The notes beneath the pieces were generated by a model. It had not been told where the DNA came from. It searched no databases and was given only the letters and a program-made list of their open reading frames with translations. From Elusimicrobiota bacterium (GTDB lineage Bacteria > Elusimicrobiota > Elusimicrobia > UBA1565), in the NCBI GenBank assembly GCA_043827405.1, contig JBDRPD010000024.1, forward strand, positions 1-49,892: DNA of 49,892 nucleotides, given 5' to 3'. Positions 15,802 through 25,771 of the stretch are shown here, piece by piece. The position numbers and the translations under genes are program-made. Each line of letters begins with the position of its first letter. Within the stretch, counting starts at the first letter, position 1.

Positions 15802-17154
15802 TTAGCGGATGACGATATCGGATGAGGTATGGAGAGTCGGACTCTGGTCCCGGTTCTGGCGCCGTGCCTCGTCCTGTACCTTAGGCTTCACGTACTGGTA
15901 AAGGCTCTTCACGGTAATCAGCCCTTTGACATCCTTCGCCTCGCCATCGAGTCCCTGCAAAAGATAATACGTGAAGGTGCCATGTCCCCGCGATTCCAGA
16001 GTACTGGTTATTTGCTCTCCGGTCGCGGCGGCCATTACCGTCAATTCGGGCGGGATTGCGGCTTTCTCCACCTTGAGGACTAGAGGCCGAGCGCCTTTGG
16101 GAAGTACTGAACGGCCGCCCGTGCCCGAGAAGCAAGCGTCCATAGCAAGAATGACTTCTTTGGCTTTGAGCGCTGAGAGTTTTTCGTAGAGCCTTTGTGT
16201 AGGATAGGCGGTGTCTTTGAGAAAAGCCGGATCCCCGTCCCAGGGAACGAGATAGGCTTTCCCGGTCGATACGTCCGGCGCTCCGTGACCGGAGAAATAG
16301 AAGAAAACGCGGCTGTTCTTCTGGATGTTTTGCGGGAGCCAGGATTCAATGTTCTTCTTGAGGGCGGAGTAGCTTGCATCAGGACCGATCAGCTGGATGA
16401 TGTTGCGCCGGGGGAAACCCAAGGCGAGCAGGTAGCCGGTCATGGCTTTTGCATCCCGTTCCGCGTAGTCCGCCTGCGTGATGCGCGAATACTGTTCGAT
16501 TCCCACAACGACCGCGAACGCCGTCTCATCCTGCTTCATGGAGAACTGCGGTTTCAGTATCGGGGCGAGATTCGGAGCCTTTGCTACGGGAGTGCCGCCG
16601 GCCTTGCGCTGGGCGAACTCCCGCAAGGCGCCGGAGCCCAGAATCCCCGCTTCCACCTTGCGGAGAAGTTCGTCGGCCATCTTCGCGATGGCCTTGCGCG
16701 GGTTCATAGGCGGTCTGCGGAGTTCGCTGACGGCATGGACGCGGTCGATTTCCGCCCCCCCAGGCTCGAGGAATATGATGGTTTCTTCCATCTTGTATTT
16801 ACGCCGCTCCGGGATGATCGTGTCCACGATGGCGGCCAGATCGACTCCCGCCCGCTGAGCCGCCGCCACAGAGTCGGCATGCAGCACTTCTCCGAAAAGC
16901 CGTTTGAACAGGGCGACGTCCTGCTGGGTCATCTTCTCGGTCGATCCGCCCGCCAACCCCAGCATCTCCGTCTTGCGGCCATAGTCGACGGCGTCCCGGG
17001 TGTTTTCGGATGAGATGAGGGCGAGGCGCAGTTTTGGGAAAGCGGGCGGGGCCTCTGCTAGGCCCTGGTTGGCATACGGATCCCTCGCGGCTGGAACGTT
17101 GGGGAAGCAGCCTGCGAGCAGCATGGGAATAATAATCATTGCGGATATTCGCAT
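15802..17154 (-). CDS. Caspase-like (peptidase C14) domain lipoprotein
   Basis: Lipobox LLAGC; AVVVGIEQY, YFSGHG and MDACFSG (His-Cys dyad), NRDQSP. Confidence 0.88.
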   Translation of the reverse strand: MRISAMIIIPMLLAGCFPNVPAARDPYANQGLAEAPPAFPKLRLALISSENTRDAVDYGRKTEMLGLAGGSTEKMTQQDVALFKRLFGEVLHADSVAAAQRAGVDLAAIVDTIIPERRKYKMEETIIFLEPGGAEIDRVHAVSELRRPPMNPRKAIAKMADELLRKVEAGILGSGALREFAQRKAGGTPVAKAPNLAPILKPQFSMKQDETAFAVVVGIEQYSRITQADYAERDAKAMTGYLLALGFPRRNIIQLIGPDASYSALKKNIESWLPQNIQKNSRVFFYFSGHGAPDVSTGKAYLVPWDGDPAFLKDTAYPTQRLYEKLSALKAKEVILAMDACFSGTGGRSVLPKGARPLVLKVEKAAIPPELTVMAAATGEQITSTLESRGHGTFTYYLLQGLDGEAKDVKGLITVKSLYQYVKPKVQDEARRQNRDQSPTLHTSSDIVIR

Positions 17155-17249
17155 GACGGAAGTCTACTATTTTCCCCTGCGACGCTGAAGAGCTTTGGAC
17201 AAAAAAGCAGGGAAGCGAGGCGAAGATTACAGGCGGGATAGGCGGCGGG

Positions 17250-17711
17250 CTAATAGGCGCTCCAGATAGTCCCCTTGGAGTCCGTATGCGAGCAGTTTAC
17301 GAAGATGAAGCCGAAGTTGGCGGCGCTCGACTCGTTGTTGTAGCCCCAACCGCCCGTATCATTGGTGCTTTGACTTAAGCCTATGCCGCCGGAGTCGGCA
17401 TGGTAGTTCGGCGTTCGTGCGCTGGGGATCATGTCGATATAGTCGCCGCCCGTGGTCAGCGCCGCCGGCGTGTTCGGGTAGAGGCCTTCCTGGTCGCCGT
17501 AATAGATGCTCAGTGAGCTGCGGATGGCTCCCAGGTTGCCTTTGGTGGCGCCTTCGTTGGATTTGCGTATTAGGTCGGCGAACTTCGGAATAGCGATAGC
17601 CGCCAGGATTCCGATAATCGCCACTACGATCATAAGTTCAATCAGCGTAAAACCGGTCCGCTTGCGGTCTTCGGCGCGTGCTGCACGGCATAATCTCGGG
17701 AGAGTTGACAT
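17250..17711 (-). CDS. Type IV pilin / pseudopilin-like protein
   Basis: Prepilin N-methylation motif GFTLIELMIVVAIIGILAAIAIPKF. Confidence 0.9.
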   Translation of the reverse strand: MSTLPRLCRAARAEDRKRTGFTLIELMIVVAIIGILAAIAIPKFADLIRKSNEGATKGNLGAIRSSLSIYYGDQEGLYPNTPAALTTGGDYIDMIPSARTPNYHADSGGIGLSQSTNDTGGWGYNNESSAANFGFIFVNCSHTDSKGTIWSAY

Positions 17712-17906
17712 ATATCCTCCGGGGATGCGGTCAGCATCCGCCTAACTCCCATCACAGATATGGGATTCTGCTAGTATAGGCGAAGGGCCGCGCAATGTAA
17801 ATTAGATAAATAGGAACTTATACATCCAGGAAGCTTATGCATAAAATGTCCGCCGCCCGTGCCGCTCGATTGAATTATCGGCGTTTTCAAGCTAAACTCA
17901 AGTGTC

Positions 17907-18407
17907 GTGGCGAATCAAGTATTAAGCATCTTCTTTACCTTTGTTCTGGCTTTTTGGCCCCTGGCGGATTCGGCGGGCCGGCACCACGCACACCCGGGCG
18001 GGGAACAGGCCCACTCCCATATCCACCCGGCGCTGCAGACTCTTTGGCGCCTCTCGCATCGGCTGCAGCATCTGACCGCCGACAGCCCGTGGCGCGCGCT
18101 CCGCGGTCACGGCGAGCGGCGCGTCCGTCGTCACATCTGCCCGCATTACCATAGTCCTGCGCGCGTCGCGACGACCGCCTTCCCGGCCGGCAAGGGCCGG
18201 CGGCAATTAACCGCGGCCGACGGCAGGCACGGCCACGCGCCGCAGGCGCGTCCATCTTATGTCGTCACGCCGGTAAGCGCCGACCCGCCCGTTTTATTTG
18301 CTGATTCGCAGCGTCCGTTCGCCGCGCAAGCGATCGAGCGGCCGCCCTCTCTCCATGACGCCCGGGCCCCTCCCTTGACGGCCGAATCGCTGTGCCCTGC
18401 CGCCTAA
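17907..18407 (+). CDS. His-rich exported leader protein with C-terminal RAPP motif
   Basis: N-terminal hydrophobic signal, HHAH/HSHIH/HICPHYH clusters and RAPP at 18363-18374, directly upstream of hupE/ureJ. Confidence 0.55.
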   Translation: MANQVLSIFFTFVLAFWPLADSAGRHHAHPGGEQAHSHIHPALQTLWRLSHRLQHLTADSPWRALRGHGERRVRRHICPHYHSPARVATTAFPAGKGRRQLTAADGRHGHAPQARPSYVVTPVSADPPVLFADSQRPFAAQAIERPPSLHDARAPPLTAESLCPAA

Positions 18408-18469
18408 CCGCAGCCGCGCCGTATCGCCGGCTGCCTGATCGTAGGTAAAATTTGGGAGGAAACGAACCG

Positions 18470-19057
18470 ATGAAGCCACGTAATTATTTGCCCTGCTTAT
18501 TGCTGCTGGCCGCCACGCCCGCGCTCGCCCATACGGGAGCCGACGCCGGCGGCGGCTTTCTTATGGGTCTAAGACATCCGCTCTCCGGCCTGGATCATAT
18601 GCTGGCGATGCTGGCGGTGGGGATGTGGGGGGCGCAGCTCGGGAGTCCGTCTCTCTGGGCGCTGCCGATCGCATTCCCGCTGGTCATGACGCTCGGCGCG
18701 GGAATGGGAATTCTCGGGATACCGCTCCCGGGCATCGAGATCGGCATCGTGATATCAGTTGTTGTGCTGGGAGCCATGGTCGCGGCCGCGGCGTGCCCGC
18801 CCCTTGTCATCTCCAGCGCCTTGGTCGGGATATTCGCGATATTCCACGGTCATGCCCATGGTACGGAGCTGCCGAACCAGGCTAATGCGGTCACCTACAG
18901 CCTCGGCTTCGTCTTTGCCACCGGCTGCGTCCATCTGGCGGGTATCGGCATCGGGCTGGTGGAGAAGCTGCCGCGCGGCAAGCGGCTCCTGCGCGCCGGC
19001 GGTTTGGCTATTGCGATAAGCGGGATTATTCTGCTGTACCGGCAGTTCGTTGCGTGA
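18470..19057 (+). CDS. HupE/UreJ-family Ni/Co transporter
   Basis: ALAH, GLRHPLSGLDHMLAMLAVGMWG and FHGHAHGTEL motifs; GGAGG RBS. Confidence 0.92.
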   Translation: MKPRNYLPCLLLLAATPALAHTGADAGGGFLMGLRHPLSGLDHMLAMLAVGMWGAQLGSPSLWALPIAFPLVMTLGAGMGILGIPLPGIEIGIVISVVVLGAMVAAAACPPLVISSALVGIFAIFHGHAHGTELPNQANAVTYSLGFVFATGCVHLAGIGIGLVEKLPRGKRLLRAGGLAIAISGIILLYRQFVA

Positions 19058-19061
19058 GCGC

Positions 19062-19688
19062 ATGAGGCTTAGACAAAGCGCATGCCGGCTGGCGGCGGGC
19101 GCGGCGAGCTGTTTTTTGCTCGCCGTGCCCGCCATAGCACATGCTCCCTCCGGCGATCCGGACGCGCGCGCCTTCTATTTCGGCATCTGCGAAATTCTGC
19201 AGCACCCGGTGCACCTGCTCCCTATATTTTGTTTCGGCCTGTGGGTCGGACGGCGGGGTGACGCGCAGGCGGTCCGGGCGGCCCGGTCCTTTATTCTCGC
19301 GCAGGCTGCGGGGATCGCGCTGGGGGCCTGCGCCGTCGCGGTGCCGTGGGCGCCGACGTGCGTGCTGATCTCGATGGTCGTATTCGGCCTGGCCCTGGCC
19401 TTGCGCCTGCGCGGTCCCGGCTGGGTCGTCGTCGGGTCGGCGCTCTTCTTCGGCGGCTGTCACGGGTATGTGAGCGCCAAGGGGCTCAGCGGAACGCTTA
19501 TGGGAACGCTGGGCTACGGCGGCGGGCTGCTGCTGGTGACCGGCGCGCTTCTGTTCTACGCTTTTATGCTGGCGGGGCGCATAAAGGCTTTCGTCTGGCA
19601 AATCGCCCTGCGCGTATTCGGCAGCTGGATCGCGGCGGGCGGTCTGCTGCTGCTGGCGCTGGAGCTGCGACGGGTTTTCCCCCCTTGA
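19062..19688 (+). CDS. Second, divergent HupE/UreJ-like membrane protein
   Basis: AIAH, HPVHLLPIFCFGLW, GGCHGY and RVFGSWIAA; multiple transmembrane segments. Confidence 0.7.
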   Translation: MRLRQSACRLAAGAASCFLLAVPAIAHAPSGDPDARAFYFGICEILQHPVHLLPIFCFGLWVGRRGDAQAVRAARSFILAQAAGIALGACAVAVPWAPTCVLISMVVFGLALALRLRGPGWVVVGSALFFGGCHGYVSAKGLSGTLMGTLGYGGGLLLVTGALLFYAFMLAGRIKAFVWQIALRVFGSWIAAGGLLLLALELRRVFPP

Positions 19689-19718
19689 TGCGGGCCGACG
19701 TTTTGTACCATCTTAATC

Positions 19719-20147
19719 ATGCCTTTGGGACTCGATATTATTCACGCGGCGCTCGGCGGGCTGAGCCTTCTCCTGCTGCTCATCCTGGTCGCGCGGCGCC
19801 GGCCTTCTGACGAGCCGCTCAAAAAGGAGCTCGCCGGCCTCCAGCGCACGCTGGCGGAACTGCGCGGGAAACCGCTGGAGCAGGAATTCCGCATCGAGCG
19901 CTACGAGCTGCTGTGGTATCCCGTGGTCACCTACTCTCCACCCGAGAAGAAAGTGCTGAAGATCACGGTAGGCATCCCCCACTGTCCCAAATGCTGCGTC
20001 GCCATGAAAGGCCTCGACGAGAAGGTATGGGGCTGCCCGCAGTGCAAAACTACCTGTCCCGCTTCGGTGACCGATCTGAGCGTAATGGATTCGATCGAGA
20101 AGCTCGCCCGCGGCTACTTCCTGGAACGCCGCCCCGACTACCGCTAG
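19719..20147 (+). CDS. Membrane-anchored Zn-ribbon hypothetical protein
   Basis: N-terminal TM helix; CPKC and CPQC pairs. Confidence 0.6.
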   Translation: MPLGLDIIHAALGGLSLLLLLILVARRRPSDEPLKKELAGLQRTLAELRGKPLEQEFRIERYELLWYPVVTYSPPEKKVLKITVGIPHCPKCCVAMKGLDEKVWGCPQCKTTCPASVTDLSVMDSIEKLARGYFLERRPDYR

Positions 20148-21932
20148 CTAGACGTCCAGCTTGATATGCAGCTCCTTGAGCTGCTGGGGCGCGACCGCGG
20201 AAGGTGAATCGCTGAGCAGGTCCTGGCCCTTTTGGGTCTTGGGGAAGGCGATGACGTCGCGGATGGAGCTTTCACCCGCCAGCAGCGCCACCAGCCGGTC
20301 GAAGCCGAGGGCGATGCCGCCATGCGGCGGCGCGCCATGCTCCAAGGCATGCAGCAGCAGGCCGAAGAGCTTCCGCCGCTCCTCGGGGCCGTAGCCCATC
20401 AGGCCGAGAATTTTCTCCTGCAGCTCGGGCCGGTGGTTGCGGATCGAGCCCGAGCCGAGCTCCACTCCGTTGACGACCAGGTCGTATTGGTGCGACAGGA
20501 CATTGCCGGGATCGGTGTCGAGCTTCGGAATTTCCTCTTCCAGCGGCGCGGTGAACGGATTATGGGTGAAGGTCCAGCGCGTGTCCGTCTCGTCGCGCTC
20601 CAGCAGGGGGAAGTGCCGCACCCAGAGCAAAGACCACGGCCGCACCGGCTGCAGCTTCAAGCGGACGATCAGCTCGCGCCGCAGCATGCCCAGCTGCTCG
20701 GCCACGACGTTCGCGGGGCCGGCGCCGAAGAGAACGACCTCGTCGGGCTTCGGTCGGAAACGGTCTTTAAGCGCCCGCAGCTCCTCCGGCCGCATAAACT
20801 TGGCGATCGGCGAATCTTCCTTGAGCGCCTCACCCTTCCAGCGGATCCAGGCCAGGCCTTTGCCGCCCATCGCCTTGACCATGTCGGTCAGCTTGTCCAA
20901 AGCCGCGCGGGTGAGGATTTCCCCCTGGGCGTGCAGGCAGCGCACCACGCCGCCGCCGTCGACGGCGCCGCTGAACACCTTGAACGGCGAACCCTTAAAC
21001 AGCTCCGAACAGTCATGGATCTCGATAGCGTAGCGCGTGTCCGGCTTATCCGAGCCGAAGCGCGCCATGACCGCGGAATATTCATAAGCGGCAAACGGCG
21101 TCTCCAGTTCTACTCCGAGCGCCTCCTTGAACACGGCCCGCAGGATGCCCTCGGTCGTTTCGTGCACGTCGCGCTCGCGGACAAAGGCCATCTCGAGATC
21201 GATCTGGGTATGTTCCGGCTGGCGGTCGGAGCGCAGGTCCTCATCGCGGAAGGCCCGGGCGAACTGGAAGTAGCGCTCGACGCCCGAGGCCATCAGTATC
21301 TGCTTGAAGATCTGGGGCGACTGCGGCAGCGCGTAAAACGTTCCGGGGCTGAGCCGCGAAGGCACGAGGAAATCGCGCGCGCCCTCCGGCGTCGATTTCG
21401 TCAGCACCGGCGTCTCGACTTCGGTGAAGCCGCGCCCGTGCAGGAAAGTCCGCGCCGCGTGCGCCGCGCGGTGGCGCAGCGCCAGATTTTTCCGCATCCG
21501 CTCGCCGCGCAGATCAAGGAAGCGGTACTTCAGGCGCACCTCTTCCGACGGCCGCGCCGCGCCGTCGATCTCAAAGGGCAGGGGCTTGGAGACGTTGAGC
21601 ACCGTGATCTCGTCGGCCTCGATTTCGACCTCGCCGGTAGGCAGCTTGGGGTTGCGGCTCTCGTCGGGCCGCCGGGCCGCGATCCCGCGCACGGACACCA
21701 CATGCTCCGCGCCGAGGCGCTCGGCGGTCTTAAAGACCTCGGGCTTCTGCGGCCGGGCGACGATCTGCAGCAGCCCGCCGGCGTCGCGCAGATCAAAGAA
21801 GTAGACGCCGCCGTGATCGCGCCGTGAATGGACCCAGCCGCAGACGCGCACCTCTTGGCCGATATGCTCCGGGCGCAGCGCGCCGCAGGCATGCGTCCGC
21901 AGCGGCTCTTCTTCCGCCTTATTCTTCGCCAT
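20148..21932 (-). CDS. aspS: Aspartate-tRNA ligase
   Basis: RTHACG, RRDHGG, STPEGARDFLVPSR, FRDEDLRSDRQPE, GAPPHGGIALGFDR. Confidence 0.98.
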   Translation of the reverse strand: MAKNKAEEEPLRTHACGALRPEHIGQEVRVCGWVHSRRDHGGVYFFDLRDAGGLLQIVARPQKPEVFKTAERLGAEHVVSVRGIAARRPDESRNPKLPTGEVEIEADEITVLNVSKPLPFEIDGAARPSEEVRLKYRFLDLRGERMRKNLALRHRAAHAARTFLHGRGFTEVETPVLTKSTPEGARDFLVPSRLSPGTFYALPQSPQIFKQILMASGVERYFQFARAFRDEDLRSDRQPEHTQIDLEMAFVRERDVHETTEGILRAVFKEALGVELETPFAAYEYSAVMARFGSDKPDTRYAIEIHDCSELFKGSPFKVFSGAVDGGGVVRCLHAQGEILTRAALDKLTDMVKAMGGKGLAWIRWKGEALKEDSPIAKFMRPEELRALKDRFRPKPDEVVLFGAGPANVVAEQLGMLRRELIVRLKLQPVRPWSLLWVRHFPLLERDETDTRWTFTHNPFTAPLEEEIPKLDTDPGNVLSHQYDLVVNGVELGSGSIRNHRPELQEKILGLMGYGPEERRKLFGLLLHALEHGAPPHGGIALGFDRLVALLAGESSIRDVIAFPKTQKGQDLLSDSPSAVAPQQLKELHIKLDV

Positions 21933-23250
21933 GAGTGTTCCCGGAGAGCAGTCCGCCGCCCGCTATCTCCTTCAGGTTCGCCAGCGCGATCTCTTCCTGG
22001 CGGCCGTTCTCCATGTCCTTGAACATGCAGGCCGCCGGCTCCTTCTTCAGCTCGTCCTCGCCGAGGATCACCGCGAAGCGGGCGCCCTGGCGGCCCGCCT
22101 CGCGCATCTGCGCCTTGAGGCTCAAAGCGAACAGGCCGCCGGCCGTCCGGATGCCGAAGCGCCTTAGGGATTCGATAGTCTGCGTGCCGATCGACGCCGT
22201 CGCCGCGTCCCGCGTGGCGATGACGATAAAGACGTCGGTTTTCGGCGGCGGCAGGATCTTGCCCAGCGCCGCGGTTTCCGGATCGGCCGCCCGGGCCGCC
22301 ATGATCATCCGCTCTACGCCCAGCGCCCACCCGACGGCCGGAGTCGGCGCGCCGCCCAGGGATTCGACGAGCGAATCATAGCGCCCGCCGCCCGCCAGCG
22401 CGTCTTGGGCGCCGATGCCGTCGGCTTGGAACTCGAAGACCGTGCTCGTATAGTAGTCCAGGCCGCGCACGAGACCGGGATCGGGATATTTATGCGGACA
22501 GCCGACCGCATCGAGCATGCCGACGACGCTCTCGACATGCTCCCGGCAGCGCGGGCAGGCCTCGAGCGCGGGCGCGTCCTGGGCGAGGCCGGGGCCGTCC
22601 TTCTTGCAGTCCAGGGCGCGCAGCGGGTTGCGCTCAATTCGGCCGCAGCAGCTGGCGCACAGCCCGCCCTCGCGTTCCCGCAAAAAGGCGCGCAGCCGCT
22701 CGCGGTATCTGGGCCGGCATAGCGGATCCGTGTCGCAGCCGATATTGTTGAGACGCAGCCTGGTCTTGTCGCCCAGGCCCACCGTGTCGAGCAGATGCTT
22801 CAGCGCCAGGATCGCCTCGACATCGGCCGCCGGATGCGGGTTGCCCAGCGATTCCACCCCGATCTGCTCGAACTCCCGGTAGCGTCCCGCCTGCGGCCTT
22901 TCGGCGCGGAACATGCTGCCGATATAGAAGAGCTTGGCGCAGGGGCCCTGCTGGCCGAGGTGCTCATTGAGGAACGCCCGCACCACTCCGGGCGTGCCTT
23001 CCGGCCGCAGGGCGAGATGCCTCCCCCCCGCGTCCGTCAGCTTGTACATCTCCTTCTCGACGATATCGGTGGTTTCGCCGGTGGATTTAACAAACAGCTC
23101 GGCATGCTCGAGCGTCGGTATGCGAATCTCCCGGTAGCCGTAGAGCTCAAAGGTCGCGCGCGCCGCCTCTTCAAGAGCGGCGGTATGCTCGCAGTCCTTG
23201 CCCAGCAAGTCCCGGAAGCCCCGGATGGTCGTAATCTGTCCGCCGGACAC
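21919..23250 (-). CDS. hisS: Histidine-tRNA ligase
   Basis: LRPEGTPGVVRA, FRAERPQAGRYREFEQ, LVRGLDYYT, GGGRYD. Confidence 0.98.
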   Translation of the reverse strand: MSGGQITTIRGFRDLLGKDCEHTAALEEAARATFELYGYREIRIPTLEHAELFVKSTGETTDIVEKEMYKLTDAGGRHLALRPEGTPGVVRAFLNEHLGQQGPCAKLFYIGSMFRAERPQAGRYREFEQIGVESLGNPHPAADVEAILALKHLLDTVGLGDKTRLRLNNIGCDTDPLCRPRYRERLRAFLREREGGLCASCCGRIERNPLRALDCKKDGPGLAQDAPALEACPRCREHVESVVGMLDAVGCPHKYPDPGLVRGLDYYTSTVFEFQADGIGAQDALAGGGRYDSLVESLGGAPTPAVGWALGVERMIMAARAADPETAALGKILPPPKTDVFIVIATRDAATASIGTQTIESLRRFGIRTAGGLFALSLKAQMREAGRQGARFAVILGEDELKKEPAACMFKDMENGRQEEIALANLKEIAGGGLLSGNTHGEE

Positions 23251-23258
23251 GGCCGCCT

Positions 23259-23957
23259 CTACGCTGTCCCGACCGAGGTATGAATCAGGCTCTGCAGCTT
23301 TTTGGGATCCAGGATGTGGATCATGCCTTTGTGCGAGTCGACGAGCTCGGCGCGGCGCAGCATCGCCAGCGCCCGCGACAGCGGCTCCCGGGTCGTGCCG
23401 ACGAGGTCGGCGAGGTCCTGGTGGGTATACTTCTGGCGCAGGATCACGCCCTTGCGAAAGCGCCGCGCCCCGCCGCTTTTGGATAGATCGTTGATCGTCT
23501 TCGCCACCCGTCCCAGGATATTGCGAAACAGCAGGCTCTCGATCTCGTCATCGGCGCGCCGCAGACGATCGGAGACGGCTTTCAGCAGGTTGAAGCAAAG
23601 CTTGGCATCGGAGAGCAGCAGCTTGCGGAAATCGTCTTTTTTGATGATGATCAGGGAGCAGTCTTCGACCGCCTCAACGGAAGCGGAGCGCTCGCGGTCG
23701 ACAATAACGGCCATTTCTCCGAAGAAATCGCCGGCCCCCAGGTAGGCGAAGGTCTTGCGTTTGCGGGCGTTGGAATAGCAGAAGATCTTCACCCGGCCGG
23801 AGAGGACCATGAACATATGCTGGGCCTTTTCGGCCTTCTTGATGATTATTGAGCCGCTCGCGAAATTTTGCGGCTTGGCGATCGTCTGCACCCGCTCGAG
23901 CTCCTGCGCATTCAAGCTTCGTAAAAGTGGAATCTTTTTCAGGGAAAATGGCTTCAT
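23259..23957 (-). CDS. Crp/Fnr-family transcriptional regulator
   Basis: cNMP-binding FFGEMA..RSAS; HTH THQDLADLVGTTRE. Confidence 0.92.
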   Translation of the reverse strand: MKPFSLKKIPLLRSLNAQELERVQTIAKPQNFASGSIIIKKAEKAQHMFMVLSGRVKIFCYSNARKRKTFAYLGAGDFFGEMAVIVDRERSASVEAVEDCSLIIIKKDDFRKLLLSDAKLCFNLLKAVSDRLRRADDEIESLLFRNILGRVAKTINDLSKSGGARRFRKGVILRQKYTHQDLADLVGTTREPLSRALAMLRRAELVDSHKGMIHILDPKKLQSLIHTSVGTA

Positions 23958-23979
23958 GGAAACACTATACCTTATTTAA

Positions 23980-25014
23980 TTATTTCCTTCCCCCAAGGTC
24001 AAGCGGTGCCCGCAGGCGGAAAACCGCGCTTTCCTCATCCCAGAGCAGGAGCGTTCCGGTCGGATCGAGAGCGTCCTTTATGAGCTCCCGGCCATAAGGA
24101 CCCGCGGGCAGGAAGCGGCCGGGACCGATTTCCAAAGGCACGAACTCCGCAGCGAGCTGCGTGCGGCTCAGGCGCAGCCGGGCGATTACGGTCCATTGGG
24201 TGCCCGGGGTCGGCGAAACGAACAGGAAATTGCCCAGGCTGAAAAGCGCGAGGCGGCCATGCTCGCTCCGAATGGGCTGCAGCACATGCGGATGATGGCC
24301 GATGACGACATCGGCGCCGCCGTCCAGCAGCAGCCCGAAAATCTCCTCCTGCACGGGATTCGGGGTCTGCGACAGCTCCGTACCGCCATGGTAGCTGGCG
24401 ATCAGGATATCGCAGCGCCGCTTGGCTTCCCGGACCTGCTCTTTGAGCAGCCTTACGTCGGAGTAGGCGACTCCGGGCTTGGCCGCGCCCGCCCGGATGT
24501 CCTCCGGCAAAGTGCTCGTGACCGCGAGCATGCCAATGCGCAGGCCGTTGCGCTCAATGAAGACCGGCGCGGCGGCGGCGGCGGCGTCCGCTCCAGCGCC
24601 GACCGGCTGTATCCCGGCGGCGCGCAGCGCCTCCAGGGTGTCGCGCATCCCCGCGGCGCCGAAATCCATGACGTGGTTATTGGCCAGCGTGACGTGGGTA
24701 AAGCCGGCCGCGCGCAGGATGGCGGCATTCCCCGCCGGCGCCTTGAACGTATATTTTTTGTCCGCCGCCTGCCCGCGGCGGGTCAGGGCGCATTCCAGAT
24801 TGCCGTGCACGATATCGCCGGCCAGCGCCGCGCGCACTCCGTCGGTCGGCGCCTTCATGCCGCGCCGCCGGGCGGCATCGCCGAAGGGCCCGTCGAGCCG
24901 GATATCGCCGACCGCGACCAAGGTGACGGTTCCCGCGGCTTCCGGCGCCGGCTGGGCGCCGGCGTTCGCTGCCAGCAGCAGCGCCGCGACGGCCAGGCCG
25001 CTCAGAGCCGCCAC
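23980..25014 (-). CDS. CapA (PGA_cap) family metallophosphoesterase-like protein
   Basis: VGDI, GNLEC, LANNHVMDFG, YHGG, IGHHPHVLQ, SLGNF. Confidence 0.9.
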   Translation of the reverse strand: MAALSGLAVAALLLAANAGAQPAPEAAGTVTLVAVGDIRLDGPFGDAARRRGMKAPTDGVRAALAGDIVHGNLECALTRRGQAADKKYTFKAPAGNAAILRAAGFTHVTLANNHVMDFGAAGMRDTLEALRAAGIQPVGAGADAAAAAAPVFIERNGLRIGMLAVTSTLPEDIRAGAAKPGVAYSDVRLLKEQVREAKRRCDILIASYHGGTELSQTPNPVQEEIFGLLLDGGADVVIGHHPHVLQPIRSEHGRLALFSLGNFLFVSPTPGTQWTVIARLRLSRTQLAAEFVPLEIGPGRFLPAGPYGRELIKDALDPTGTLLLWDEESAVFRLRAPLDLGGRK

Positions 25015-25754
25015 GCGCGCAGCCGGGACAGGAAAGCCTCCCGCGTTAGATCGAGAGACAGCGGCGTGACCGACGCCTTATTGCGGCGCAGCGCGCCGAC
25101 ATCCGTGCCCGCCCGGGCGGCCGTCGGCAGCAGCTTGCCGGCCAGCCAATGGTATTCGCGGCCCAGCGGGTCTTTGCGGGTGGTGATGCGGTTGTCGTAT
25201 ACCCGCTCTCCCAGCCGGGTGACCTCCGTGCCCCGCAGGCGTCCATACGGCAGCGGCGGAACGTTGGCATTGAGGCACATGCCCGCCGGCAGCCCGCGCC
25301 GCAGCAGCTCACGGGCGATGCGGACGGCCAGGCCGGCGGCCTCTCGATAATCGCTGCCGCCGCTTCCCAAGCTGACGGCGAAGGACGGAATCTTCATGAT
25401 CGCGCCTTCCAGCGCCGCCGCGACCGTGCCGGAATAGACGACATCCTGCGCCACGTTATAGCCGGCATTGATCCCCGAGGCGATCAAATCAGCACGTCCC
25501 CGCAGCAGCTTGAGGACTCCCAGCCGCGCGCAATCCGCGGGGCTGCCGTTGGCCGTATATATCCCGCTGTTATGCTTCTTGATCCGCAGCGGCTTGTGTA
25601 AAGTCAGCGTATGACCCTGCGCGGAACGCTCCCGTTCGGGAACCAGCACGGTTACCTCGGCGAAAACCGCCAGCGCTTCGCGCAGCGGCTGGAGCCCGGG
25701 ACCGCGTATGCCGTCGTCGTTGACAATAAGTATGCGCGCACGCTTGGACGCCAT
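25002..25754 (-). CDS. surE: 5'/3'-nucleotidase SurE
   Basis: ILIVNDDG, GSPADC, SGINAGYN, YSGTVAAA. Confidence 0.96.
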   Translation of the reverse strand: MASKRARILIVNDDGIRGPGLQPLREALAVFAEVTVLVPERERSAQGHTLTLHKPLRIKKHNSGIYTANGSPADCARLGVLKLLRGRADLIASGINAGYNVAQDVVYSGTVAAALEGAIMKIPSFAVSLGSGGSDYREAAGLAVRIARELLRRGLPAGMCLNANVPPLPYGRLRGTEVTRLGERVYDNRITTRKDPLGREYHWLAGKLLPTAARAGTDVGALRRNKASVTPLSLDLTREAFLSRLRAWRL

Positions 25755-25771
25755 AGTGAAAAGATAGCAAT

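Noticed and set aside
20148..21932. Non-discriminating AspRS assignment from RRDHGG
   Set aside because: The His is suggestive but the second diagnostic Gly is not evident; unresolved without alignment.
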